Assembly (NCBI GenBank): GCA_037381445.1
Contig: JARRQT010000044.1
Span: 12,758 to 28,448 of the forward strand
Direction: 5' to 3'
Source of the DNA: Calditrichia bacterium
GTDB lineage: Bacteria; Calditrichota; Calditrichia; RBG-13-44-9
DNA: 15,691 bases
The position numbers were made by a program, and so were the translations under genes. Of the stretch, positions 7,217-15,274 are shown piece by piece. Within the stretch, counting starts at the first letter, position 1. Every line of letters starts with the position of its first letter. The notes beneath the pieces were generated by a model that searched no databases, had not been told where the DNA came from, and was given only the letters and a program-made list of their open reading frames with translations.

Positions 7217-8404
7217 TCATTTGTCAGGGAGGGCGGAGTTCCCGGACAAAGCCAATTGGTATTTATCCTCCAGAAATCGGGCAATTTCCCGGGCGGCACG
7301 GTCAGCCGCTCCGGGAGGTCCCAATGCGGCCTTTATTTTCTGCAATTCACCCATCACATTATCATAATACACGGCATCCGAAAAATATTTGTCAAGCGCG
7401 TTGACAATATTGGGGACCGTCAACTGTCCCTGGATGAGTTCAGGAACCACCGTTTTGCCGCTCACAATATTGGCAAGCGCAATATTCTCAATTTTTATCA
7501 GCATACGGCCGATGTGGTAAGTCAATGGTGCCACCCGGTAGAGCACCACCATCGGCGTTCCCAGATATCCTGATTCCAGTGTGGCGGTACCGCTGGCAAC
7601 CAGCGAGGCGTACGAGTATTTCATCAAATGGTGGATATCTTTTTCGATGATTGCTGCACTATTGGTATTCTTCAAAATGATATGATATACTTCCCTGTCC
7701 ACCGATGACGCCTTTCCGACGATAAACTGCACCTCATGACTTTTCCTGAATTCCGTTGCTGTCCGGATCATCATTGGCAGCAGTTTCCGGACTTCATTAT
7801 TCCTCGAACCAGGCAGCAAAGCAACAATAGGCTTATCCGGATCCAGCTTATGCTTCTCCCTGAATTCCGCCTCCGACAAAGAGATATGTATCTCGTCGGC
7901 CAGCGGATGTCCTACAAATTTGGCAGGAATGCCGTGGCGAGCGTAAAATTCCTCTTCAAATTTGAAAATTACCAGGGGCAGATCCACGTAACGGCGTATT
8001 TTCTCCACCCGTTTTTCTCCCCATGCCCATAACTGGGGACAAATATAATAGATGACCGGAACGCCAAATTCTCCGGCAATTCTGGCAAGCCGGAGGTTGA
8101 ATCCAGGATAATCGACTAAAATCAAGGCCAGCGGTTTCTCCGCTGCCATCCATTTCCTGAGATGCCGGAACACGCTCCGGATAAAGGGAAGGTGGCGAAT
8201 GACCTCGGCAAATCCCAGGAATGCCATCTGGCGGATATGATACAGCAGTTTCACACCTTGTTCTGCCATGTCATCTCCGCCGATGCCTTCATAGGCGATT
8301 CCGGGCGCATATTTTTTCAGCTCATAGACCAGTTCAGCAGCATGCCGGTCCCCGGAAGGCTCTCCCGCGATTATTAAAATTTTCCTTTTTTGTTCAGGCA
8401 TCAT
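7217..8404 (-). CDS. lpxB: Lipid-A-disaccharide synthase
   Basis: Family motifs IIAGEPSGD, GIGG, LVDYPGFN, YYICPQLWAWG, FVGHPL, LLPGSR, ASGTATLE, PMVVLY, LANI and VPELIQ. Confidence 0.97.
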   Translation of the reverse strand: MMPEQKRKILIIAGEPSGDRHAAELVYELKKYAPGIAYEGIGGDDMAEQGVKLLYHIRQMAFLGFAEVIRHLPFIRSVFRHLRKWMAAEKPLALILVDYPGFNLRLARIAGEFGVPVIYYICPQLWAWGEKRVEKIRRYVDLPLVIFKFEEEFYARHGIPAKFVGHPLADEIHISLSEAEFREKHKLDPDKPIVALLPGSRNNEVRKLLPMMIRTATEFRKSHEVQFIVGKASSVDREVYHIILKNTNSAAIIEKDIHHLMKYSYASLVASGTATLESGYLGTPMVVLYRVAPLTYHIGRMLIKIENIALANIVSGKTVVPELIQGQLTVPNIVNALDKYFSDAVYYDNVMGELQKIKAALGPPGAADRAAREIARFLEDKYQLALSGNSALPDK

Positions 8405-8482
8405 GCGATATTCTGTCGTTCAGATCTTATTTCTTTTCGGGCCATTCCATTCCAACAATACAAATTTACAGCCGCGAAAGAT

Positions 8483-8517
8483 AAAAAAATAGCGAGTAAT
8501 GAAAATTACCCGCTATT
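8483..8517 (-). terminator. Intrinsic terminator after frr
   Basis: Minus strand AATAGCGGGTAAT-tttc-ATTACTCGCTATT (13 bp with one G-U) running into a T7 tract, 26 nt after the frr stop. Confidence 0.85.
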
Positions 8518-8543
8518 AATCATTGGATATTTAAAAACCGGCT

Positions 8544-9104
8544 TTAGTTTTCCAGTATCTCTGTTTCTTTCATTTCATACCGTTCGTCCACCTGCTTGAC
8601 ATACTCATCGGTCAATTTCTGGATTTTATCCTGCATCTTGTGGCTTTCGTCTTCGGACACGGCATGATCCTTTTCCAGCTTCTTGATGGCTTCATTCGCA
8701 TCACGGCGAATATTCCGGATCGCAATCCGCGACTCTTCGCAGAATTTTTTAATCAGTTTCAGAAGGTCCCGGCGCCTTTCCTCGCTCAGTTCGGGTATCG
8801 GCACACGGACAACGGTTCCGTCATTGGAAGGATTCAGGCCCAGGTCCGATTGCAGGATGGCCTTTTCAATTTCTCCGATGAGCCGCTTTTCCCACGGCTG
8901 CACCACCAGCAGACGAGGTTCGGGAGCGGTAATTGTTGAAACCTGATTTATGGGGACTGTGGAACCATAATATTCAACTTTTACCACATCCAGCAGTGCG
9001 GGTGTGGCCCTTCCGGTTCTGATACGACTTAACTCATGACTCAGGTACTCGATGGTTTTCTTCATCCGGGCTTCGGAATCCCGGAAAATCTCGTTAACTG
9101 GCAT
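8544..9104 (-). CDS. frr: Ribosome recycling factor
   Basis: IRTGRATPALLD, VEYYG, IEKAILQSDLGLNPSNDG, PELSEERR, IRNIRRDAN. Follows pyrH. Confidence 0.98.
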   Translation of the reverse strand: MPVNEIFRDSEARMKKTIEYLSHELSRIRTGRATPALLDVVKVEYYGSTVPINQVSTITAPEPRLLVVQPWEKRLIGEIEKAILQSDLGLNPSNDGTVVRVPIPELSEERRRDLLKLIKKFCEESRIAIRNIRRDANEAIKKLEKDHAVSEDESHKMQDKIQKLTDEYVKQVDERYEMKETEILEN

Positions 9105-9106
9105 AA

Positions 9107-9826
9107 TTATCCCCTTACTTTTGTTCCAATAGGTTCGCCAAGCACAACTTTTTTAAGGTTACCTTTAACACCCATATTGAAAACGATAATGGGTAAGTGA
9201 TTGTCCATGGATAATGTAATGGCAGTGGGATCCATCACCCGCAGCCCCTGTTTCATGACCTCCATATAACTCAATTCGGGAAAAAATTCCGCTTCGGGAT
9301 GTTTCTCCGGATCGGCAGAATAAACGCCATCGACGCGAGTACCCTTCAGAATGACCTCCGCTTCAATTTCTATGGCTCTCAAAACCGCGGCGGTATCAGT
9401 GGTAAAGTAGGGATTACCCGTACCTGCGGCAAAAATGACGATCCTCCCTTTTTCAAGGTGCCGGATCGCTCGGCGGCGAATAAAAGGTTCAGCGACCTGC
9501 TCCATTGGGATTGCCGTCTGAACCCTGGTATAAAGTCCTATGTTCTCCAGCGCGTTCTGCATGGCCATGGCATTGATCACGGTGGCCAGCATACCCATAT
9601 AATCCGCGGAAACCCGGTCCATTTCGGTGGCTGCCTTGGAAATGCCCCGGAAAATATTGCCGCCGCCGACCACGATACCAAGCTGAACACCGGTTTTTAC
9701 CAGGTCTTTTATCTCTTCGGCAAATTGCGTCAAAACGCTGGAATTGATGCCATATCCATCTGGTCCGGCGAGAGACTCTCCGCTCAATTTAAGGAGTATC
9801 CTGTTAAAAGCCGGTTTATCACTCAT
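9107..9826 (-). CDS. pyrH: UMP kinase
   Basis: [53 protein letters not shown]. Confidence 0.98.
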   Translation of the reverse strand: MSDKPAFNRILLKLSGESLAGPDGYGINSSVLTQFAEEIKDLVKTGVQLGIVVGGGNIFRGISKAATEMDRVSADYMGMLATVINAMAMQNALENIGLYTRVQTAIPMEQVAEPFIRRRAIRHLEKGRIVIFAAGTGNPYFTTDTAAVLRAIEIEAEVILKGTRVDGVYSADPEKHPEAEFFPELSYMEVMKQGLRVMDPTAITLSMDNHLPIIVFNMGVKGNLKKVVLGEPIGTKVRG

Positions 9827-9828
9827 TC

Positions 9829-10422
9829 TTATTCCCCGATCTGGAAGCGAACGAAACGGCGAATGCTTACATTTTCTCCCAGTTTCGCAATAACTTCAGT
9901 CAGATAATCCTTCACTGTTTTTTCCGGGTCCCGGATGTAAGCCTGCTCCAACAAAACATTCTCGGAATAGAATTTATCAAGCTTGCCTGTAGCAATTTTT
10001 TCCAGAATATGCTCCGGCTTGCCACTGTCTTTTGCCTGTTCGGTATAGATGCGCATTTCACGCTCCACCAGCTCTGCGGGCATTTCTTCACGGGTAATGG
10101 AAACGGGATTGGAAGCGGCGATATGCATGGAGAGATTATGCACAAAATCCTTGAAGTCATCGGTGTTCGCCACAAAATCGGTTTCACAATTTACTTCAAC
10201 CAAAACGCCCAGTTTACCACCGGGATGAATATAGGAATGAACCAAACCATCTTTCACTTCGCGGGCTGCTTTTTTCTCAGCTTTGGCAATACCCCTTTTG
10301 CGCAGGATCTCTACGGCCTGCTCAATGTCTCCATCACTTTCTTTCAGCGCATTCTTGCAATCCATCATGCCGGCGCCGGTTTTATCTCTAAGCTCCTTTA
10401 CGGCTCGTGCTGTAATTTCCAT
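9829..10422 (-). CDS. tsf: Translation elongation factor Ts (short form, 197 aa)
   Basis: [31 protein letters not shown]-terminal [11 protein letters not shown]. Confidence 0.98.
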   Translation of the reverse strand: MEITARAVKELRDKTGAGMMDCKNALKESDGDIEQAVEILRKRGIAKAEKKAAREVKDGLVHSYIHPGGKLGVLVEVNCETDFVANTDDFKDFVHNLSMHIAASNPVSITREEMPAELVEREMRIYTEQAKDSGKPEHILEKIATGKLDKFYSENVLLEQAYIRDPEKTVKDYLTEVIAKLGENVSIRRFVRFQIGE

Positions 10423-10449
10423 TAAAATTCTCCTGTTCTGTATTAAAAC

Positions 10450-11199
10450 TTACTCTTCCTCTTTGACTTCTTCTCTTTTTACTGCAATTTCCTGTTCTTC
10501 TGCAGCTTTGGCCCGGATGCCTTCCCGGCCTTCCAGCACGGCATCTGCCATAATGCGGGTAAGCAAAGCCACCGCTTTTGTCGAATCATCATTACCGGGA
10601 ATCGGATAATCCACCAGATCCGGATCGCAGTTGGTATCGACAATGGCGACGATTGGTATATTTAATTTCCTTGCTTCCTTCACCGCGATGTCTTCTTTTT
10701 TGATATCAACAATAAAGATCGCGCCGGGAATCTTCTTCATTTCCTGAATGCCGGCAAACACCTTTTTCATTTTGCCGATTTCCCGTTCGATCATCAAGCG
10801 TTCCTTTTTGGTAAGCTTTTCGATGGTTCCGTCCAGAGACATCTTTTCAAGATTTTCCAGGTGTCGAATGCTCTTTTTAATGGTGGAAAAGTTGGTCATT
10901 GTTCCACCAAGCCATCGTTCCGCGATGTAAGGCATCTCGCCGCGGATCGCCTCCGTTTTGATGATGTCCTTCGCCTGGTTTTTGGTCCCAACGAACAAAA
11001 TTGGATCGCCGCTGGCCGCGATTTCTTTAACGGCATTGTAGGCTCTTTCCAGATTTTTCATTGTTTTCTGCAGATCGATGATATGGATCCCGTTGCGCTC
11101 CATGAAGATATACTGTTTCATTTTGGGATCCCAGCGGCGGGTCAGATGCCCGAAGTGGACACCTGCTTTAAGCAGATCTTCCAGTGTTACTTTTAACAT
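10450..11199 (-). CDS. rpsB: 30S ribosomal protein S2
   Basis: LLKAGVHFGHLTRRWDPKM, LFVGTK, RWLGGTMTNF, VDTNCDPD, IPGNDD. SD AAGGAG. Confidence 0.99.
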   Translation of the reverse strand: MLKVTLEDLLKAGVHFGHLTRRWDPKMKQYIFMERNGIHIIDLQKTMKNLERAYNAVKEIAASGDPILFVGTKNQAKDIIKTEAIRGEMPYIAERWLGGTMTNFSTIKKSIRHLENLEKMSLDGTIEKLTKKERLMIEREIGKMKKVFAGIQEMKKIPGAIFIVDIKKEDIAVKEARKLNIPIVAIVDTNCDPDLVDYPIPGNDDSTKAVALLTRIMADAVLEGREGIRAKAAEEQEIAVKREEVKEEE

Positions 11200-11218
11200 A
11201 ACATCTCCTTATAATTTT

Positions 11219-11297
11219 GGTTTTTCCTCCACCGCCTTCACTATTATAACCATCCGGTCCTGGCCGGACACCGGTTAGAACATCCGGCGGTGTGCGT
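11219..11297 (-). ncRNA. t44 / ribosomal protein S2 leader (cis-regulatory RNA)
   Basis: Minus strand starts ACGCACAC and ends GTGGAGGAAAAACC, the hallmark ends of rpsB leaders. Nested stems CACCGCC/GGCGGTG, TAACC/GGTTA and TCCGG/CCGGA. Directly upstream of the rpsB SD. Confidence 0.8.
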
Positions 11298-11307
11298 TTT
11301 AATTTAT

Positions 11308-11338
11308 AAAAAACCCTTCCAGGCAACACGGGAAGGGT
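11308..11338 (-). terminator. Intrinsic terminator-like hairpin after rpsI
   Basis: Minus strand ACCCTTCC-(10 nt)-GGAAGGGT ending in a T6 run, 17 nt after the rpsI stop. Confidence 0.75.
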
Positions 11339-11355
11339 AAAATTTGAAGCCATTT

Positions 11356-11742
11356 TTAACGTTTCGAGAACTGGAACCGTTTACGGGCCTTTGGCCGTCC
11401 ATATTTTTTACGTTCCACTTCTCTGGGATCACGCGTTAAAAATCCGCCCGCCCGCAATTCAGGGCGCAGTTCCTCATTCCATTTGATGAGTGCGCGGGCA
11501 ATACCAAGACGCAGGGCCTCTGCCTGGCCGGACAATCCGCCACCCCGAATATTGGCAATCACATCGAACTTGCCCAGCGTTTCGGTGGCCTGAAACGGCT
11601 GTTCGACAACCATCTTTAGCACTTCGCGCTTGAAATAGGTTTCCAGGGATTTCCCGTTTACCTGATATCCGCCCTTCCCGGGGGCGATTCTTACACGTGC
11701 GGTTGAAGTTTTTCGTCTACCAGTCGCGTAGTAGTTTTCCAT
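11356..11742 (-). CDS. rpsI: 30S ribosomal protein S9
   Basis: [48 protein letters not shown]. Confidence 0.99.
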   Translation of the reverse strand: MENYYATGRRKTSTARVRIAPGKGGYQVNGKSLETYFKREVLKMVVEQPFQATETLGKFDVIANIRGGGLSGQAEALRLGIARALIKWNEELRPELRAGGFLTRDPREVERKKYGRPKARKRFQFSKR

Positions 11743-11757
11743 TTATATTCCCTCTGT

Positions 11758-12192
11758 CTAAAACTGAATAGATTGCGGATTTTGTGCCTGATGCGGATGT
11801 TCCGCTCCGGCATATACTTTTAGTTTTTTAATCATTTTGCGTCCCAGCGCATTTTTGGGAAGCATAAGGCGCACCGCGTGCTCAATGATTCGCTCCGGAT
11901 GTTTTTCCTGCATACGGCGGTAGGGAACCAGTTTCTCCCCGCCCGGATATCCCGAATGGTGGAAATAAAATTTCTGATCAGCCTTTTTACCGGTAACTCT
12001 CACTTTTTCGGCGTTCACAACAATAACAAAATCCCCCACATCCTGATGCGGTGCAAAATTGGGTTTATGTTTTCCCCTCAAAATCCGGGCAACATTGGTC
12101 GCCAGACGCCCGAGAATGAAATCCTGTGCGTCAACCACATACCAGTTCCGCTGCGCCTGAATCTCTGCTGGTTTTGAATAATCGGTTCTCAA
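11758..12192 (-). CDS. rplM: 50S ribosomal protein L13 (TTG start)
   Basis: [61 protein letters not shown] precedes a TTG start. Confidence 0.99.
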   Translation of the reverse strand: MRTDYSKPAEIQAQRNWYVVDAQDFILGRLATNVARILRGKHKPNFAPHQDVGDFVIVVNAEKVRVTGKKADQKFYFHHSGYPGGEKLVPYRRMQEKHPERIIEHAVRLMLPKNALGRKMIKKLKVYAGAEHPHQAQNPQSIQF

Positions 12193-12243
12193 TGTCCAAT
12201 CCTCCTAAGATCTAATAGTCCTGCACATATTTTTCAGCTCGAA

Positions 12244-12272
12244 AATTTAAGTTCTCAAGATAATTGAGTCAA
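12244..12272 (-). promoter_or_regulatory. Sigma70 promoter of rplM-rpsI
   Basis: TTGACT (12272-12267)-N17-TAAATT (12249-12244), with an AT-rich UP-like tract upstream at 12277-12292. Confidence 0.7.
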
Positions 12273-12522
12273 GCCAAAATTTAAATTTAAAAGGAGCTCT
12301 CTGCAATTTGATGCGCAGGGAGCAAAGCTCTCCGGGAAAATTGACCCAACAGCCTATAAATATAATGAATGATAAAAAAGAAACAACAGATTTCTTTTTT
12401 AAAAACCTTCATAAATTATCAGCCAACTAATAAACTTTTGTCTGTTTTGGGAGTTAACCTGAAAGTATTATCTGTTTACGCGATTGAAAATTCGAAATTC
12501 GCCTTCCCCGGCGAAAGAATAT

Positions 12523-12551
12523 TTGCATTGTCTTTTGAAGAGTATTATTTT
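12523..12551 (+). promoter_or_regulatory. Candidate sigma70 promoter of etfBA
   Basis: TTGCAT (12523-12528)-N17-TATTTT (12546-12551), about 95 nt upstream of etfB. Confidence 0.4.
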
Positions 12552-12644
12552 TTCATGGTTACAATTTGATATAAGACTTTGACAATTTTTAAATTAGCGG
12601 ACAGAGCAGTTTGAAACTCTTAAAGCACAAAAGGAGGATGAAAA

Positions 12645-13394
12645 GTGAATATAGGTGTCTGCATTAAACAGGTTCCCGACACGGAAACCCGTCCAAAAAT
12701 AGCCGATAACGGCACTGAAATTCAAAAGCAGGGCATCAAATGGATTGTGAATCCCTATGACGAATTTGCCGTGGAACAAGCGCTGCAACTTACCGAGAAC
12801 GATGACGGCGAGGTAACGATCATTTCCATGGGGCCGGCCGATATTGAACCCTCCATCCGCGGTGCCCTGGCTATGGGAGCGCAGAAAGCCATACGGATCG
12901 ATACACCGGCAAGTCCCGATGACCAATTGGTAATCGCCAAAAGCCTGGCAAGAGTTTTGGAGGACAAGAATTTCGATTTGATTCTATTCGGCAAGCAGGC
13001 CATCGATGATGATGCCGCCCAGGTCCCCCAAATGGTAGCCGAAGCGCTGGATTTACCCTGCGCCACGGTGGTTGTCAAGATTAACCTGGAAGGGAATAAA
13101 GCAACCGTGGAAAGGGAGATTGAAGGGGGAAAAGAACGTCTGAGTTTCAGCCTTCCTGCGGTAATCGCTGCGCAGAAAGGATTGAATGAGCCGCGCTACC
13201 GGTCGCTGAAGGGCATCATGCAGGCCAAAAAAGTGCCCATTGAGGTCGTGACCGCCGAAGCGCACCAGGGAAATGTAAAAATAGAGAAGCTGCAGTATCC
13301 TCCCCAAAAGCAGCCCGGAAAGATTGTGGGGAAGGGTCCGGAAGCAGTTCCAGAATTGGTCAGACTCCTGCACGAAGAAGCAAAGGTCATCTGA
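12645..13394 (+). CDS. etfB: Electron transfer flavoprotein beta subunit (GTG start)
   Basis: VCIKQVPDT, NPYDEFAVEQAL, ALAMGA, GKQAIDDD, VEREIEGG, LNEPRY. SD AAGGAGG. Confidence 0.97.
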   Translation: MNIGVCIKQVPDTETRPKIADNGTEIQKQGIKWIVNPYDEFAVEQALQLTENDDGEVTIISMGPADIEPSIRGALAMGAQKAIRIDTPASPDDQLVIAKSLARVLEDKNFDLILFGKQAIDDDAAQVPQMVAEALDLPCATVVVKINLEGNKATVEREIEGGKERLSFSLPAVIAAQKGLNEPRYRSLKGIMQAKKVPIEVVTAEAHQGNVKIEKLQYPPQKQPGKIVGKGPEAVPELVRLLHEEAKVI

Positions 13395-13489
13395 CGTTTT
13401 TATCGCAGAGAGGAATTAACCCCGGGCAACAGATCAGTTGCCCCGGACTGGAAAAAACGACGCATGGTAAAATTTGGAGGATAAAATAG

Positions 13490-14461
13490 ATGGCACACAT
13501 ATTGGTGATTTATGAGATTCATAAAAAAAGCATAAAGAAAGTCTCCTTCGAAGCAACTTCGGCGGCCGCGGATCTGGCCGGTAAACTGAACGGCACGGTG
13601 TCCGCCCTGCTCATCGGACACGATATTCAAAATCTGGCCAAGGAACCCGGGAATTACGGCGCCGGGAAGGTCTTTGTAGTGGATGATCCGAAACTGGAGA
13701 AATACAGCCCGGACGTTTTTGCGAACATTACCGCCCAGGCCGCCAAAGAGGCCGGCGCGACCCATCTTTTCATGGGCGCTTCGGCAACCGGAAAAGATAT
13801 GCTCCCCAGGGCAGCCTTCCGTCTCGACAGCAGCCTGGCGCAGGACATCATCGGATTCGAAACGGAAGGCGGAAATGTGATTTATAAGCGGCCCATCATT
13901 GCGGGCAAACTTCACGCCCGCGTATCCCTGAGCTCTCAATATCAGTTGGCAACGCTGCGCCCCAATGTATTTGCCGTCACGGAAAAGAAGGTCGATGCAG
14001 AGGTCGTTAAATTTTCGCCTGAAATTCCCGCGCCCCGCGCTGTGGTGGAAGAGATACTGGTGGAAGAAGGCGGGAAACTGGATGTGACAGAGGCCGAGAT
14101 CATTGTCAGCGGGGGCAGAGGGATGAAAGGGCCCGAAAACTGGCAGTTGATTGAAAATCTGGCGGATGTCCTGGGCGCAGCTACCGGCGCTTCCCGGGCA
14201 GTGGTTGACGCCGGATGGCGCGATCACGCCGAACAGGTTGGTCAGACCGGAAAAACGGTTTCTCCGAATCTTTATATCGCCTGCGGTATTTCCGGTGCCA
14301 TTCAGCACCAGGCAGGCATGTCGTCATCTAAATATATTGTGGCGATCAATAAGGATGAGGAAGCGCCTATTTTCAATATAGCCGATTATGGCATTATAGG
14401 AGACGTTTTCGATATTTTGCCGAAATTAACGGAAGAAATCAAAAAGCTGAAGAGTCAATAG
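13490..14461 (+). CDS. etfA: Electron transfer flavoprotein alpha subunit
   Basis: IIVSGGRG, GASRAVVDAGW, QVGQTGKTVSPNLYIACGISGAIQHQAGM, AINKDEEAPIF. SD GGAGG. Confidence 0.98.
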   Translation: MAHILVIYEIHKKSIKKVSFEATSAAADLAGKLNGTVSALLIGHDIQNLAKEPGNYGAGKVFVVDDPKLEKYSPDVFANITAQAAKEAGATHLFMGASATGKDMLPRAAFRLDSSLAQDIIGFETEGGNVIYKRPIIAGKLHARVSLSSQYQLATLRPNVFAVTEKKVDAEVVKFSPEIPAPRAVVEEILVEEGGKLDVTEAEIIVSGGRGMKGPENWQLIENLADVLGAATGASRAVVDAGWRDHAEQVGQTGKTVSPNLYIACGISGAIQHQAGMSSSKYIVAINKDEEAPIFNIADYGIIGDVFDILPKLTEEIKKLKSQ

Positions 14462-14475
14462 AGCTTGTCTTTGGC

Positions 14476-14512
14476 TGAAAAAAGGGCAGCAGACACCACT
14501 GCCCTTTTTTCA
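14476..14512. terminator. Bidirectional intrinsic terminator between convergent etfA and the RDD gene
   Basis: TGAAAAAAGGGCAG-cagacacca-CTGCCCTTTTTTCA, a perfect inverted repeat with A6 and T6 tracts. Confidence 0.9.
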
Positions 14513-14521
14513 TTCCGCCAC

Positions 14522-15121
14522 CTATTTTTCAAGCTCCAGAAATTTCCAGACGGCGGTTCCGGCAATCCTGTCGTGCCAGCCCCGCTTCAATGGATTCAAT
14601 TCACCCAGCCAAAATCCCGCTCCCAGAGGAATCAGACAAGGAAGATAGCCGAACCATCTCAAGAATGAATTTCCAAAAGTTACAGCGTCTTTATCAGGAG
14701 TGAGCACAACCAGACCTTTCATCATTTTTCCGGGGGTTTGTCCCCAGAAACCGGTAAAAAAGCCGTAGTAGGCGATGTAGATGATATATTGTATCGGTGA
14801 AGGATAGGCCAATTGAATGTCGGACATCAGCGGAAAGGAAAAGGAAATTGTATGGAAGTATCCGCCCCACCACCAGTTAATGGCATGGGCAGTATAATGG
14901 GGAACGGTTTGTACCAGAAAGACCGGAATAATAGGTGAGATCCACACGGCATACAATTCGCCCTGGCTGTAAAGCGCCAGCAGCAAGCCAATCACCACTC
15001 CCAGGATAACGCCATCAATGAGCTGGGCGGTCATTCGGTCGCGCAGAGCAGCGGGTTGCAGGCGGTTCAAATCGCTCTCCTGCCTTTTAAACAGATGCAG
15101 CACAGGAATCGACACTTTCAT
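14522..15121 (-). CDS. RDD-family membrane protein
   Basis: RMTAQLIDGVI, YYGFFTGFWGQTPGKMMKGLVV, FLRWFGY, KRGWHDRIAGTAV. SD AGAGGAG. Confidence 0.92.
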   Translation of the reverse strand: MKVSIPVLHLFKRQESDLNRLQPAALRDRMTAQLIDGVILGVVIGLLLALYSQGELYAVWISPIIPVFLVQTVPHYTAHAINWWWGGYFHTISFSFPLMSDIQLAYPSPIQYIIYIAYYGFFTGFWGQTPGKMMKGLVVLTPDKDAVTFGNSFLRWFGYLPCLIPLGAGFWLGELNPLKRGWHDRIAGTAVWKFLELEK

Positions 15122-15200
15122 CTCCTCTTTCCATCAACATTTAATAATTTAGCAGAAAGAGGAGCGTTTTCAAATTGGCAAAATTAATAGAATCCCAGAC

Positions 15201-15227
15201 AAAAAATTACGGGACGCTTCTACCCGC
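15201..15227 (-). terminator. Weak terminator candidate after the peroxiredoxin gene
   Basis: Minus strand GCGGG-(9 nt)-CCCGT then AATTTTTT. The stem is short. Confidence 0.3.
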
Positions 15228-15274
15228 CTAAAGAGCCATCCGCAAATCAGTTGACTTTCCCGCAGATTTTGTTA

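Noticed and set aside
9299..9907. 202-aa plus-strand ORF, plus the other short track ORFs overlapping ccmF, ccmB, lpxB, frr, tsf, rpsB and etfB
   Set aside because: All are antisense or out of frame to well-supported genes, with no family motifs.
12369..12569. 66-aa plus-strand ORF in the rplM/etfB spacer
   Set aside because: No SD, AT-driven composition, and it overlaps the candidate etf promoter.
13400..14308. 302-aa minus-strand ORF
   Set aside because: It is an antisense shadow of etfA with no recognisable motifs. Long antisense frames are common opposite conserved genes.
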